Notes under the pieces: generated by a model
Seen by the model: only the letters and a program-made list of their open reading frames with translations
Told to the model about the DNA's origin: nothing
Databases searched by the model: none
Program-made: the position numbers and the translations under genes
In this document: positions 41,756-51,676 of the stretch, in pieces
Layout: each line of letters starts with the position of its first letter
How positions within the stretch are numbered: the stretch's first letter is position 1
NCBI GenBank assembly: GCA_963667725.2
Contig: CAXXHO010000005.1
Location: forward strand, 576,001 to 640,000
DNA: 64,000 bases
Direction: 5' to 3'
Source of the DNA: Treponemataceae bacterium
Lineage (GTDB): Bacteria > Spirochaetota > Spirochaetia > Treponematales > Rectinemataceae

Positions 41756-41832
41756 TTTCGAAACCCTTGCTATTTAGTTTCGAAATACTTTCGTTTCTCT
41801 TATAGTATAGGGCGCGATAAATGAAAGATCAA
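41756..41832 (-). promoter_or_regulatory. Promoter and putative DeoR operators
   Basis: Minus strand TTGATC-17-TATACT (41832..41804); palindrome TTTCGAAA at 41756 and 41778, plus TTTCG at 41789. Confidence 0.65.
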
Positions 41833-41865
41833 GAGCCATTCCCTTCGGCGAGACTCGTTTTTCGG

Positions 41866-42732
41866 CTAGACGCTCTTCCGCTTCGCGAAGGCGGAAGGAC
41901 TCGTCCCCGTCACCTTCCTGAAGGCCGCGACAAAGCGCGACATGGCGCCGAAACCGCACATGGCGCTCACCTGGCCCGGCTTCCAGCCTTCGCCCAGGAG
42001 GCGCTGAGCCTCGGCCACACGCTTGTAGAGGATGTAATTATGGAGGGTGCTGCCCGTTTCCTTCTTGAAGATCCGGCAGAGGTGGTACACGCTTATGCCG
42101 CATTTCTGGCCGATCGTTTCCAGCGAAAGATCCCCGGCGAGGTTGTCGTCGACATAGTCCAGAACCGAGGCGAGAGGTCCGCGCAGACCGGGGCCTCCTT
42201 CGCCTTCTTCGCCTCCATCGTCGGCGCCGAACACCCTATTGGTGAACATCAGGATTTCCAGGAAGGCGACGACCTTCCGCAGCTTGGCCTCGGGAGCGTC
42301 GCTCGCGCAGGCCTGACCCATTTTGTCGAAGAGCTTCATGATATCCATGGACTGCTGTGCCGACAGCCTGCGGATATTTCCCTTCCCCTTGGGACGATCG
42401 ACGAAGCAGGAAAGGAGATCGCAGCCGAAAACCTCGAAGGATCGCGCCAGATCCGGCCTGAAGAGCAGTTTCGCTCTTTCGAAGCGCTTGTTGGATCGGA
42501 TATGGAGCTTATGGACTTCCCGATTGTTGAAGATGATCAGGCTACCGGGCTCTGCCCCATGCATCTCGTTCTCGATAAACCAGGACACCTCGCCGGCCGC
42601 CACGAAAAACACCTCGAACTCTTCGTGGAGAAGGGGCAGATCGTTGAAAAGAGGCTTGTGTTCGCTGGGGAAATCGTTCTTCAGGGAAAAAAGGATTGAG
42701 TCATCGATGTTTTCACTATCGAAAGAGGACAA
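41866..42732 (-). CDS. AraC-family transcriptional regulator
   Basis: Cupin-like N-terminus; HLCRIFKKETG, FRKVTGTSPSAF; divergent from the reductase; TTG start uncertain. Confidence 0.88.
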   Translation of the reverse strand: MSSFDSENIDDSILFSLKNDFPSEHKPLFNDLPLLHEEFEVFFVAAGEVSWFIENEMHGAEPGSLIIFNNREVHKLHIRSNKRFERAKLLFRPDLARSFEVFGCDLLSCFVDRPKGKGNIRRLSAQQSMDIMKLFDKMGQACASDAPEAKLRKVVAFLEILMFTNRVFGADDGGEEGEGGPGLRGPLASVLDYVDDNLAGDLSLETIGQKCGISVYHLCRIFKKETGSTLHNYILYKRVAEAQRLLGEGWKPGQVSAMCGFGAMSRFVAAFRKVTGTSPSAFAKRKSV

Positions 42733-42966
42733 GCTTACCTCTCATTCGCGCGCTTTATGACGCCGGGTTTCATAATAACAGATTAGCCGGGGTTTTGGCC
42801 ACAAAAAGGTGAAATTAATAAAAGCAATTATTGATACATTAAAAGAGCAATATTCGATATTTTTCTATTGTAGTCCCCCAAATAGACGGTTAAAATTCCA
42901 CGACTGCCTTTTGAGCCATGCGCCTCGCCTTTCGGCGGCGCTAAAAGAACCTTATTGGAGAAGCGA

Positions 42967-45177
42967 ATGTCGAAAAGAATCGGGATCGCGGTATTATGCG
43001 TGCTCCTCATGTTATCGAGTTGCACCACCGTAAAGCAGGAAGGATTGTTCAACCCCGGGACCTATACGGGATCGGCGGAAGGGAAGAACGGGCCGGTGAC
43101 GGTCGAGGTAAAGGTCGACAAAGACTCGATCCTCAATATCGCCGTGACGGAGCATCATGAAACGGCTGGGCTCTCGGACAACGCCCTGAAGTTCGTGCCC
43201 CAGGAAATCGTAAAGGAACAAAGCCTCGACGTGGACACGGTCTCCGGAGCCACCATCGTCAGCCAGGCCATCATCGACGCGTCCGCCGAGGCGCTGGCCA
43301 AGGCGGGAGCCACGCCCGAGAAACTCAAGGCGGTCGCGAAGGCCGCGGAAGCCCAGGCCGCCGCGCCGGCTCATCTCATGAAACCGGGCGTCTATTACGG
43401 CGAAGCCTACGGCAAGTGGCCTAAGGACAGCAACGAGGGCGGCCGTTTCCTTTCACCCAAGGTAATCAAGCCGATCAAGGTCGAAGTGACCGTGGACGAA
43501 AAGAAGATCCTGAACGTCGCCGTTCTCTCCTGCGACGATACGCCAGGCTTCAAGGAATCGGCCATCAACCAGGTGCCCAAGGCCATCGTCGATTACCAGA
43601 GCATCGGCGTGGACGCCGTCTCGGGTTCCACCCTCACCAGCATGGGCATCATCGCGGCGACCACCCAGGCCCTCGAACAGGCGGGCGCCGATCTCCTGGC
43701 CTTCAACGCGAAGCAGCCGAAGGTCAACGCCTCCGTCGAGTACACGACCGACGTCGTTGTCGTCGGCGCTGGCGCCTCCGGCTCCGCCGCGGCCCTCGCC
43801 GCCGTCGAAAAGGGCTCCAAAGTCATCGTCATCGAGAAGACCGGCCAGGTAGGCGGAATGGGCGGCCTCTCCACCGGCTTCATCGGCGTGGGAAGCGAGC
43901 AGGCCAAAAAGGCGGGGAGCACCAAGACCGTCCAGGATGTCTTCAAGGAGATGATGGACTACACGAGCTGGACCGCCAACTCCTCCCTCGTGAAGGCCAT
44001 CCTGGCAAAATCGGGCGACACCGCCGACTGGCTCCAGGCCCACGGCTACAAGATGACCCTGCAGAAGGGTTCCTACACCCACGACACCGGCAAGGGCAAC
44101 GCCAAGATCCAGACGCTCTACGACAAATACATCATCCCCGGCGGCGGCCAGCTTCTCCTCCAGACGAGGGCCGAGGAACTCATCATGGACGGCAACAAGG
44201 TCGTCGGCGTCAAGGCGGTGAAGAGCGATGGTACGAAAGTGACCGTCCGCGCCGCGTCGGTCGTCATCGCCACGGGCGGTTTCGGCGGCAACAAGGAAAT
44301 GCTGAAGAAATATACCCACAGCGACAATTACTACCTGAGCGGGAATTCCTCGAACGAGGGCGACGGCATCAACATGGCCCTGGGCGCGGGAGCCGGCTTG
44401 AGCCCCGAAATCCAACCCCATCTCACCGAATTCGCGGCCAGCACGACCCTGGACTTCAACAGCTATTTCATGAAGTACATGAATTACGGCGGCCTCCTCC
44501 AGGTCAACATGGAAGGCAAGCGTTTCATGGACGAGGGCATCTGCGCGAGCCAGCCTCTCGCCAAGGGCGCCTCGGCCATCCGCACCGCGGGCTCATTCTT
44601 CGTCATTTTCGATCAGGCCACCCTGGACACCCTCGAAACCAAGGGTTACCCGGGCATCGTCGGAGCGGAAAAGACCGCCGAACTCATGAAGAGCATTGGC
44701 TGGCGATCGCGCGCCATAGTCCCCTTCACGACGATCAAGATGGAAATGCAGCAGGCCCTCGACGCTGGCGTCGCGTTCAAGGCCGACAGCTTCCAGGAGC
44801 TGGAGAAGGCGGCGGGATTCGCCCAGGGCGAGTTCACCTCGACAATGAGCCGCTATCTCGCGGCCGTGGATCAGAAGAAGGACGAGGAGTTCTACAAGGA
44901 CCCGGTCTGGCTCACGCCCATAGCGAAAGGTCCTTACTACGCGCTACGCATGGAGCCGGCGATTTTCGGAACCATCGGCGGAATCCGAATCAACGAGCGC
45001 ATCGAGGCGCTCAACGAGCAGAACAAGGTTATTCCTGGCCTCTATGTCGCCGGCCAGGACGGCGGCGGAATGTACGGTTATCCCTACTACGAGATCGTGG
45101 GCGTCACCCAGGGCTACGCTTACAACTCAGGCAGGATCGCCGGCGAGAACGCCTCGAGCTTCGCGGGAACCCGCTGA
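42967..45177 (+). CDS. Lipoprotein with two FMN-binding (flavinylation) domains and a flavocytochrome c-type FAD oxidoreductase domain
   Basis: Lipobox LSSC; DTVSGAT and DAVSGST motifs; VVVGAGASG, IATGGF, GKRF, GGIRIN, GLYVAG. Confidence 0.88.
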   Translation: MSKRIGIAVLCVLLMLSSCTTVKQEGLFNPGTYTGSAEGKNGPVTVEVKVDKDSILNIAVTEHHETAGLSDNALKFVPQEIVKEQSLDVDTVSGATIVSQAIIDASAEALAKAGATPEKLKAVAKAAEAQAAAPAHLMKPGVYYGEAYGKWPKDSNEGGRFLSPKVIKPIKVEVTVDEKKILNVAVLSCDDTPGFKESAINQVPKAIVDYQSIGVDAVSGSTLTSMGIIAATTQALEQAGADLLAFNAKQPKVNASVEYTTDVVVVGAGASGSAAALAAVEKGSKVIVIEKTGQVGGMGGLSTGFIGVGSEQAKKAGSTKTVQDVFKEMMDYTSWTANSSLVKAILAKSGDTADWLQAHGYKMTLQKGSYTHDTGKGNAKIQTLYDKYIIPGGGQLLLQTRAEELIMDGNKVVGVKAVKSDGTKVTVRAASVVIATGGFGGNKEMLKKYTHSDNYYLSGNSSNEGDGINMALGAGAGLSPEIQPHLTEFAASTTLDFNSYFMKYMNYGGLLQVNMEGKRFMDEGICASQPLAKGASAIRTAGSFFVIFDQATLDTLETKGYPGIVGAEKTAELMKSIGWRSRAIVPFTTIKMEMQQALDAGVAFKADSFQELEKAAGFAQGEFTSTMSRYLAAVDQKKDEEFYKDPVWLTPIAKGPYYALRMEPAIFGTIGGIRINERIEALNEQNKVIPGLYVAGQDGGGMYGYPYYEIVGVTQGYAYNSGRIAGENASSFAGTR

Positions 45178-45206
45178 GAACTTCGCTCCGCTTGCATTAA
45201 ACTTAG

Positions 45207-45243
45207 AAAAAGGGACTGTCCGGGAATGGGCAGTCCCTTTTTT
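45207..45243 (+). terminator. Intrinsic terminator
   Basis: A5-GGGACTGTCC...GGGCAGTCCC-T6. Confidence 0.88.
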
Positions 45244-45328
45244 CATTCAGATCGATACCGGAAAGCGGTATATTTGTTTCTGACGATGACGTCCCATTTT
45301 TGTTCTGGGAATTCCGGAGGTACATAGA

Positions 45329-46036
45329 ATGAAGAAATCAATAATGGTCGCTCTCCTCGCATTGGCCGTTTTCGCCGTCGGGGCTCAGACCGCGCCCCAA
45401 ACGCTGCCCCAGACGCCGACCGTCAGGGTCACCGGCGAAGCCATCGCGAGCGTGGAGGCGGACATGGCCCTCCTGAATCTCGCCATCGTCCAGCAGGCCA
45501 AGACATCCCTCGCGGCGCGGGAGGCGGTGATGACCTCGGCCGACAAGGTCATAAGCGCGCTCCTGGCCCTCGGCATCGAGAAAAAGATGATACGGACAAG
45601 CAACTTCCGCATTTCACCCGTCTACGACGAACGCCCCACCAAGCAGAACCTCATCATCGGGTATAAGGGCGAGACGGGCGTGACGGTGACGCTGGAAGAC
45701 ACGGAACTCGTGGCGCAGGCCGTGGAGACGGCGGTAAGCGCCGGGGCCAACGAGATACGCGGCCTGGATTACCGCAAGAAGAACGAAGATGTCCTTCGCG
45801 TCGAAACGCTGAAAAAAGCCGTCGCCAATGCCGCGCTGAAGGCTCAGGCCATGGCTGAGACGCTCGGGAGAAAGCTGGGCAAGGCCATCAGCGTCGAAGA
45901 GCAGGGTTATTCCATGCGCGCGCCCGACTCGAGGCTCTATCTCGCCAAGTCGATGGGCGCGGGCGACCAGGAAGCTTTTTCCCCGGGCAGCATCGAGGTG
46001 AACGCCTCGGTGGTCGTCGTCTTCGAGATGGAGTGA
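45329..46036 (+). CDS. SIMPL (DUF541) domain secreted protein
   Basis: Signal peptide; VRVTGEA..ADMA, AGANEI, KAQAMA..LG, PGSIEVNASV. Confidence 0.85.
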   Translation: MKKSIMVALLALAVFAVGAQTAPQTLPQTPTVRVTGEAIASVEADMALLNLAIVQQAKTSLAAREAVMTSADKVISALLALGIEKKMIRTSNFRISPVYDERPTKQNLIIGYKGETGVTVTLEDTELVAQAVETAVSAGANEIRGLDYRKKNEDVLRVETLKKAVANAALKAQAMAETLGRKLGKAISVEEQGYSMRAPDSRLYLAKSMGAGDQEAFSPGSIEVNASVVVVFEME

Positions 46037-46093
46037 GGCCGAGCCGCGCGAAATGCGTCGCACAAAAACGGGAAATAATGGTATAGTAGGGTA

Positions 46094-46390
46094 ATGCCCA
46101 GAAATCCTGAACTGATGCGTCACAATATCGCGGAGATGGCCCGCGCCCTCGAAGGCGCCGACGCGGCCCTCATCGAAGAATTCCTCTATTCGCTCCTCAC
46201 CCCGGCCGAAGCCGACGAAATGGCCAAGCGTTGGGCCCTCGTCAAGGAACTGTCGACCGGTATGCCCCAGCGCAAGATAGCCGAAGAGCTTGGCCTTTCC
46301 CTCTGCAAGATCACACGCGGCTCGCGCGAACTCAAGAAACAGGGCTCCGCCTTCAAGGCGCTGCTCGAGCGGCTGGATACCAAGAAATAG
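46094..46390 (+). CDS. TrpR/YerC-like small repressor
   Basis: LLTPAE, RW, PQRKIAEELGLSLCKITRGSRELK. Confidence 0.85.
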   Translation: MPRNPELMRHNIAEMARALEGADAALIEEFLYSLLTPAEADEMAKRWALVKELSTGMPQRKIAEELGLSLCKITRGSRELKKQGSAFKALLERLDTKK

Positions 46391-46470
46391 CCTTAGGGAT
46401 CTACGCATAGGCTTGCCCTGCAATCTTTTCAGATATATCGCTCTGAAAGGCAGGTACTAATTTGGATTCA

Positions 46471-49146
46471 ATGTGGTTTTCCAAATCAATTGAAAACGCT
46501 ATCCGAGAGCTTGATGTTGATGCGTCACGCGGACTCTCCGACAAAGAAGCTGAAATCAGGCTGGAAAGATATGGCAAAAACCTGCTCACCGCAAAAAAGG
46601 CCAAGAGCTTTTTTAGGCTTTTTCTGGAACAACTTCAGGACTGGCTGATCTACATCCTTCTGGCTGCTGTTGTAGTCACCCTTTTTTTGGGTGAATATTT
46701 AGATGCGACTATTATAATCATTGTGGTCATCGTCAATGCCATGCTCGGCGTAATTCAGGAAGTCAACGCCGGCAAGGCCATCGAGGCTCTCCGGAAAATA
46801 TCAAAACCAAAAGCATTAGTGCGCAGAAATGGTGAAGTCACTGAGATTTATTCCAGTAAAATTGTACCAGGCGATATTCTGATTCTTGATGCCGGGAGGT
46901 TTATCGCGGCAGATATCCGTTTGATCGAATCGGCCAATCTTCAAGTGGAAGAATCCGCGCTGACCGGGGAATCCGTCCCTTCCGAAAAAGACGCTTCACA
47001 GCTCTGCAATGATTCAAAAACCTCACTGGGCGATCGTTCAAACATGGCTTTTATGTCAACGCACGTAACCAGGGGCAGAGGCGTCGGGCTCGTGGTCGCG
47101 ACCGGAATGGATACCGAAATCGGGAAAATCGCCAACCTGATCAATGCTGAAGCAAGTTCGAAAACTCCCCTTGAAATCCGGCTGGACAAACTGGGTAAGA
47201 CACTGGGTTTGTTCGCTGTTGGCATCTGCGTCCTGATTTTCGTGATTTCCATGCTCCAGGGCCGGAATACGACCGCTATGTTCCTGATGTCAGTTTCGCT
47301 GGCGGTGGCCGCCATTCCTGAAGGTCTTGCGGCAATTGTGGCAGTTGTCCTCTCGATTGGCGTAACCAGTATGTCGAAAAGAAATGCGATCATTAAAAAA
47401 TTGCCCGCGGTCGAAACACTCGGATCGGTCAATATCATTTGCTCAGATAAAACGGGCACTCTGACACAAAATAAAATGACTGTCACGAGCTATTTTACCT
47501 TGGCGGGCCAGGCAGCCATTGAGCACGATCAAAAAAACGCAGCCACGGAAGACGTGCTGCTGCTCGCCAAAGCCATGATTCTCTGCTCCGATGCGACCTA
47601 TGAAGATGGGCATGGATCGGGCGACCCGACCGAGATCGCCCTGCTGGTATTGGGGGATCGGCTTGGGCTGAACAGAAAAACCCTGCTGTCTGAAAACAAG
47701 CGAATCGACGAGTTTTCTTTCGATTCTGACCGCAAATTGATGTCCACACTGAACGAAGAAAATGGGAAACTCACTGTTTACACCAAAGGAGCTGTCGGGA
47801 ATCTGCTCAAAGTTTCGACCAAGATTCTTGAAAATGGGAAAGTCATTCCGATTACCGAAGCTCATAAAGCATTGATTCGCCAGGCAATGGATGCCATGAC
47901 CATCCAGGCGCTCCGAACATTGGGGGTAGCATATAGACCAGTACGTTCGGTCATCGGTCCAGCCGAAATGGAGAAAGACCTTATCTTTATCGGATTTGTC
48001 GGCATGATCGACCCCCCACGGACTGAGGTGAAAGCCGCTATCGAAACCGCGAAACGCGCCGGAATCACGACCATCATGATCACCGGAGATCATAAAAACA
48101 CCGCGTTCGCCATCGCCAAGGAACTTGGAATAGCCGATAACATCGGGCAGGCCATTACCGGAAGCGAGATGGACGAATTTTCATCCGAAGAACTGGCCCG
48201 AAGAATTACCGAATACAGAATTTTTGCCCGGGTTTCCCCCGAACATAAAGTGAATATCATCCATGCGTTGAAGTCACAGGAGAACATTGTCTCCATGACC
48301 GGTGATGGCGTCAATGATGCCCCTTCATTGACGACTGCCGATATCGGTGTGGCCATGGGCATTACCGGCACCGATGTGGCCAAAGGGGCGGCAGACATGA
48401 TTCTGGCCGATGACAACTTCGCCACTATCGTATCAGCCATCGAGCAAGGCCGGAATATTTACGGCAATATCAAAAAATCGGTTACCTTTTTGATCACCTG
48501 TAATCTCAGCGAAGTATTGACCGTGTTCGTCTCTCTCCTTCTGGGTTGGGAAGCGCCGTTGATAGCCACCCAATTGCTGTTGATCAATCTGATCACTGAC
48601 TCTTTCCCGGCGGTAGCCTTGGGTATGGATCCCGGAAGCCCGGATGTAATGAAAGAAAAACCCCGCGGCGCCAATGAGAGTTTCTTTTCCGGCGGCGCGG
48701 CGCTGCATATGATACTTGGCGGAGTATTGATTGCGGCATTGACTGTCCTGGGGTACTGGCTTGGATATTATGAACACGGCTATAGTCCATTTGACCATTC
48801 GGTTCCCGTTTCTACCATCGAATATGCCAGAACAATGGCTTTTTTAGTCTTGGTCATGTGCCAGTTATTCTACGCTTCAGCGGTCAGGAATAGCTCAAAA
48901 TCAATTTTCAAGATAGGCCTTTTTTCGAATATATACCTTACCGGCGCGGTTTTACTGGGTATATTTCTTCAATTAATAGTGATTATAATCCCGGTCCTGC
49001 AGCGTTCTTTCCATTTGCGGATGCTCGATCTGAGAGCTTGGCTCATCGCAATTGCTCTAGGTTTGGTTCCTCTCCTATTCAATGAGGTTTTCAAACTATG
49101 CATCATGGCGGGCAAAAGAAAGAAGCGAAAAACATTGGCGGAATGA
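46471..49146 (+). CDS. P-type ATPase, Ca2+-type (P2A-like)
   Basis: LTGES, IPEGL, CSDKTGTLT, KGA, MITGD, TGDGVNDAP, NLITD; lower GC than flanks. Confidence 0.93.
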   Translation: MWFSKSIENAIRELDVDASRGLSDKEAEIRLERYGKNLLTAKKAKSFFRLFLEQLQDWLIYILLAAVVVTLFLGEYLDATIIIIVVIVNAMLGVIQEVNAGKAIEALRKISKPKALVRRNGEVTEIYSSKIVPGDILILDAGRFIAADIRLIESANLQVEESALTGESVPSEKDASQLCNDSKTSLGDRSNMAFMSTHVTRGRGVGLVVATGMDTEIGKIANLINAEASSKTPLEIRLDKLGKTLGLFAVGICVLIFVISMLQGRNTTAMFLMSVSLAVAAIPEGLAAIVAVVLSIGVTSMSKRNAIIKKLPAVETLGSVNIICSDKTGTLTQNKMTVTSYFTLAGQAAIEHDQKNAATEDVLLLAKAMILCSDATYEDGHGSGDPTEIALLVLGDRLGLNRKTLLSENKRIDEFSFDSDRKLMSTLNEENGKLTVYTKGAVGNLLKVSTKILENGKVIPITEAHKALIRQAMDAMTIQALRTLGVAYRPVRSVIGPAEMEKDLIFIGFVGMIDPPRTEVKAAIETAKRAGITTIMITGDHKNTAFAIAKELGIADNIGQAITGSEMDEFSSEELARRITEYRIFARVSPEHKVNIIHALKSQENIVSMTGDGVNDAPSLTTADIGVAMGITGTDVAKGAADMILADDNFATIVSAIEQGRNIYGNIKKSVTFLITCNLSEVLTVFVSLLLGWEAPLIATQLLLINLITDSFPAVALGMDPGSPDVMKEKPRGANESFFSGGAALHMILGGVLIAALTVLGYWLGYYEHGYSPFDHSVPVSTIEYARTMAFLVLVMCQLFYASAVRNSSKSIFKIGLFSNIYLTGAVLLGIFLQLIVIIIPVLQRSFHLRMLDLRAWLIAIALGLVPLLFNEVFKLCIMAGKRKKRKTLAE

Positions 49147-49222
49147 ATGCTTCCTTATTTCTTCCGCCTCGTTCACGGCCAGAAGAGGAGTACCGAATAT
49201 GGCCGTAAACGAGGCGATAGGT

Positions 49223-50518
49223 TTAGACCGACGCGAGCCCAAGCTGCAGGTCATCGATGATGTCCCCGACATTCTCGATGCCGATGGACAGGCGCACCAG
49301 GTCGGGCGTCACGCCCGAGTCGATTTGCTGCTCGTCGGTGAGCTGCGAGTGGGTCGTGCTTCCCGGGTGGATCGCAAGGCTCTTGGCGTCGCCGACGTTC
49401 GCCAGGTGCGAAAAGAGCTTGAGCGATTCGATGAACTTCTGGCCCGCCGGCCTTCCTCCCTTTACGCCAAACACGACCATGCCGCCCGCTCCCTTCGGCA
49501 GGAGTTTTTGGGCGAGCGCGTAGGAGGCGTCGCCCTCGAGGCCGGGATAGCGCACCCAGGCGACCTTGGGGTGGTTCTTGAGGAATTTCGCGACGGCGAG
49601 GGCGTTCTCGACGTGCCTCGGCATGCGGACATGGAGGGTTTCGATGCCCTGGAGGAAGATCCAGGCGTTGTCCGGCGAAAGGCAGGCGCCGAGGTTGCGC
49701 AGGGGCACCGTCCTGAAGCGCAGCGCGAAGGCGATCTTCCTGAGTTCCGGAGGAAGGTCGATGGCCCAGCGGAGACCGTGGTAGTTCTTGTCGGGGCTGT
49801 TGAAGAGGGTGAACTTGGGGTCGGACCAGTCGAAGGTACCAGCGTCCGTCGCTATGCCGCCTATCGCCGTGCCGTGTCCGCCCAGCCATTTGGTGAGGGA
49901 GTTGATGACGATGTCGGCGCCGTGTTCGATGGTCTTCAATAGATAGGGCGTGGTGAAGGTGGCGTCCACGACCAGGGGCAGATGATGCTTTTTCGCGATC
50001 GCCGATATGGCGTCGATGTCCGCGAGGTCGAGCACGGGATTGCCTATCGTCTCGATATAGAGAAGCCGGGTTTTTCCGTTGATAGCCGCCTCGAAGGAGG
50101 CGGGTTCGAGGACATTCGCGAACCTTGTGACGATCCCCAGGTCGGGGAGGATGGCGTCGAACATGGTGTAGGTGCCGCCGTAGAGATTGGTGGCAGACAC
50201 TATTTCGTCGCCCGCTTTCGCGATGGTAACGACCGTGTTGAAGATAGCCGCGGTGCCCGAGGCGACCGCCACCGAAGCGGCGCCGCCCTCAAGCTGACTC
50301 ACCCTCGCCTCGAGGACATCGTTGGTAGGATTGCCCATTCGTGAATAGATGTTTCCCGACTCCTTGAGTCCAAAGAGGTTGGCCGCGTGTTCGGCGCTCT
50401 TGAAGACGAAGGAAGAAGTCCGGTAGACGGGAACGCCACGAGAGAGGGTTGTCGGGTCGGGGCTATGTCCGGCTTGGACGGCTATCGTTTCGAAAGAAGG
50501 TTTTCTGTTTTCGGCCAT
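49223..50518 (-). CDS. metY: O-acetylhomoserine sulfhydrylase
   Basis: YSRMGNPT, LYGGT, SLTKWLGGHG (PLP Lys), HLANVGDAKSLAIHP, VRLSIGIE. Confidence 0.93.
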   Translation of the reverse strand: MAENRKPSFETIAVQAGHSPDPTTLSRGVPVYRTSSFVFKSAEHAANLFGLKESGNIYSRMGNPTNDVLEARVSQLEGGAASVAVASGTAAIFNTVVTIAKAGDEIVSATNLYGGTYTMFDAILPDLGIVTRFANVLEPASFEAAINGKTRLLYIETIGNPVLDLADIDAISAIAKKHHLPLVVDATFTTPYLLKTIEHGADIVINSLTKWLGGHGTAIGGIATDAGTFDWSDPKFTLFNSPDKNYHGLRWAIDLPPELRKIAFALRFRTVPLRNLGACLSPDNAWIFLQGIETLHVRMPRHVENALAVAKFLKNHPKVAWVRYPGLEGDASYALAQKLLPKGAGGMVVFGVKGGRPAGQKFIESLKLFSHLANVGDAKSLAIHPGSTTHSQLTDEQQIDSGVTPDLVRLSIGIENVGDIIDDLQLGLASV

Positions 50519-50685
50519 GGAAGTTTCCTTGCGCGCCGCGAGGGCGCGGGAGAGATCGCGGCGGCCCTTTGGGCCGCCGCCTGGAATATGCCCCGTCCGC
50601 TTCCGGCGTCGCGACGCGCGCCATGAGCCGGTCGGGGCCCTGTCATGCTGCATATCATGCCCAGCCTGCCGTCTCTCTCGCTCAA
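50482..50685 (-). CDS. Putative leader peptide upstream of metY (paralog of the metA leader)
   Basis: TTG start overlapping the metA TGA, GAGGAGG RBS; first 34 codons match the 51677..51781 peptide at 25 positions (counting the initiator); runs out of frame 37 nt into metY. Confidence 0.6.
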   Translation of the reverse strand: MSERDGRLGMICSMTGPRPAHGARRDAGSGRGIFQAAAQRAAAISPAPSRRARKLPWPKTENLLSKR

Positions 50686-51620
50686 TGCCTTCCTCCTCGA
50701 GGGAGATTTATCGCCGCGAGATCGTAGGGGGTTTCCTGGTACACGCAGTAGTTGAGCCAGTTGGCGTAGAGAAGGTGGGCGTGGGAGCGCCAGGTAACGA
50801 GAGGCTCGCGCTTCGGGTCGCCGTCAGGGAAATAGTTGACGGGCACCTTTATGGACAGTCCCTTCGCCACGTCGCGGTCATATTCGGCCTTGAGGGTCAG
50901 CCTGTCGTACTCGGGGTGGCCAGTGACGAAGACGCGGCGCCCGTCGCGCGAGGCCGCGAGGTAGACGCCCGCTTCCTCGGAAGTGGCGAGGAGCTTGAGG
51001 TCGGGAACGACAGCGATTTCATCGGCGTCGACCTCGGTGTACCGGGAGTGCGGGGCGTAGAATTCCTCGTCGAAGCCTCTGAGAAGGGGCTCCCTGGCAT
51101 CGAGGGTCCTGTGCCGATAGAGACCGAACATTTTTTCAGGAAGGGGCCGCTTGTCGATGCCGTAGTGGTGGTGCAGCCCCGCCTGGGCTCCCCAGCAGAT
51201 GTGGAGGGTGGACCAGACGTTGGTCGTGGACCAGTCCATGAGGCGGACGAGTTCGGGCCAGTAGTCCACTTCCTCGAAGGGAATGGTCTCGACCGGGGCG
51301 CCGGTGATCACGAGGCCGTCGAAACGTTCCTCAAGGATTTCGTCCAGGGGTTCGTAGAAGGCGTCCAGGTGCTCGATGGGGGTATTGGCCGACTCGTGAG
51401 TCGCCATGCGGATGAAGCGTATGTCAGTCTGGAGCGGCGAATTGCCCAAAAGGCGCAGTATTTGGGTTTCGGTGACTATCTTGGTGGGCATGAGATTGAG
51501 GACGGCGATCCTGAGCTCGCGGATATCCTGGTGGAAGGCGCGCTCCTTCGTCATCACGAAAATGTTTTCTTCTTCGAGTTGTCGCGCGGCGGGAAGATCG
51601 TCTGGAATTCTTACGGGCAT
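50682..51620 (-). CDS. metA: Homoserine O-acyltransferase MetA family, predicted acetyltransferase
   Basis: [14 protein letters not shown] (Glu at the specificity position, as in acetyl-CoA users), ICWGAQA, PHSRY, TGHPEY. Confidence 0.94.
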   Translation of the reverse strand: MPVRIPDDLPAARQLEEENIFVMTKERAFHQDIRELRIAVLNLMPTKIVTETQILRLLGNSPLQTDIRFIRMATHESANTPIEHLDAFYEPLDEILEERFDGLVITGAPVETIPFEEVDYWPELVRLMDWSTTNVWSTLHICWGAQAGLHHHYGIDKRPLPEKMFGLYRHRTLDAREPLLRGFDEEFYAPHSRYTEVDADEIAVVPDLKLLATSEEAGVYLAASRDGRRVFVTGHPEYDRLTLKAEYDRDVAKGLSIKVPVNYFPDGDPKREPLVTWRSHAHLLYANWLNYCVYQETPYDLAAINLPRGGRH

Positions 51621-51676
51621 AGGGCCTCCGGTCGCGCCTCCGTGGCGCGAAACGCCGCGGCCTCCCTTGGGGCCGC

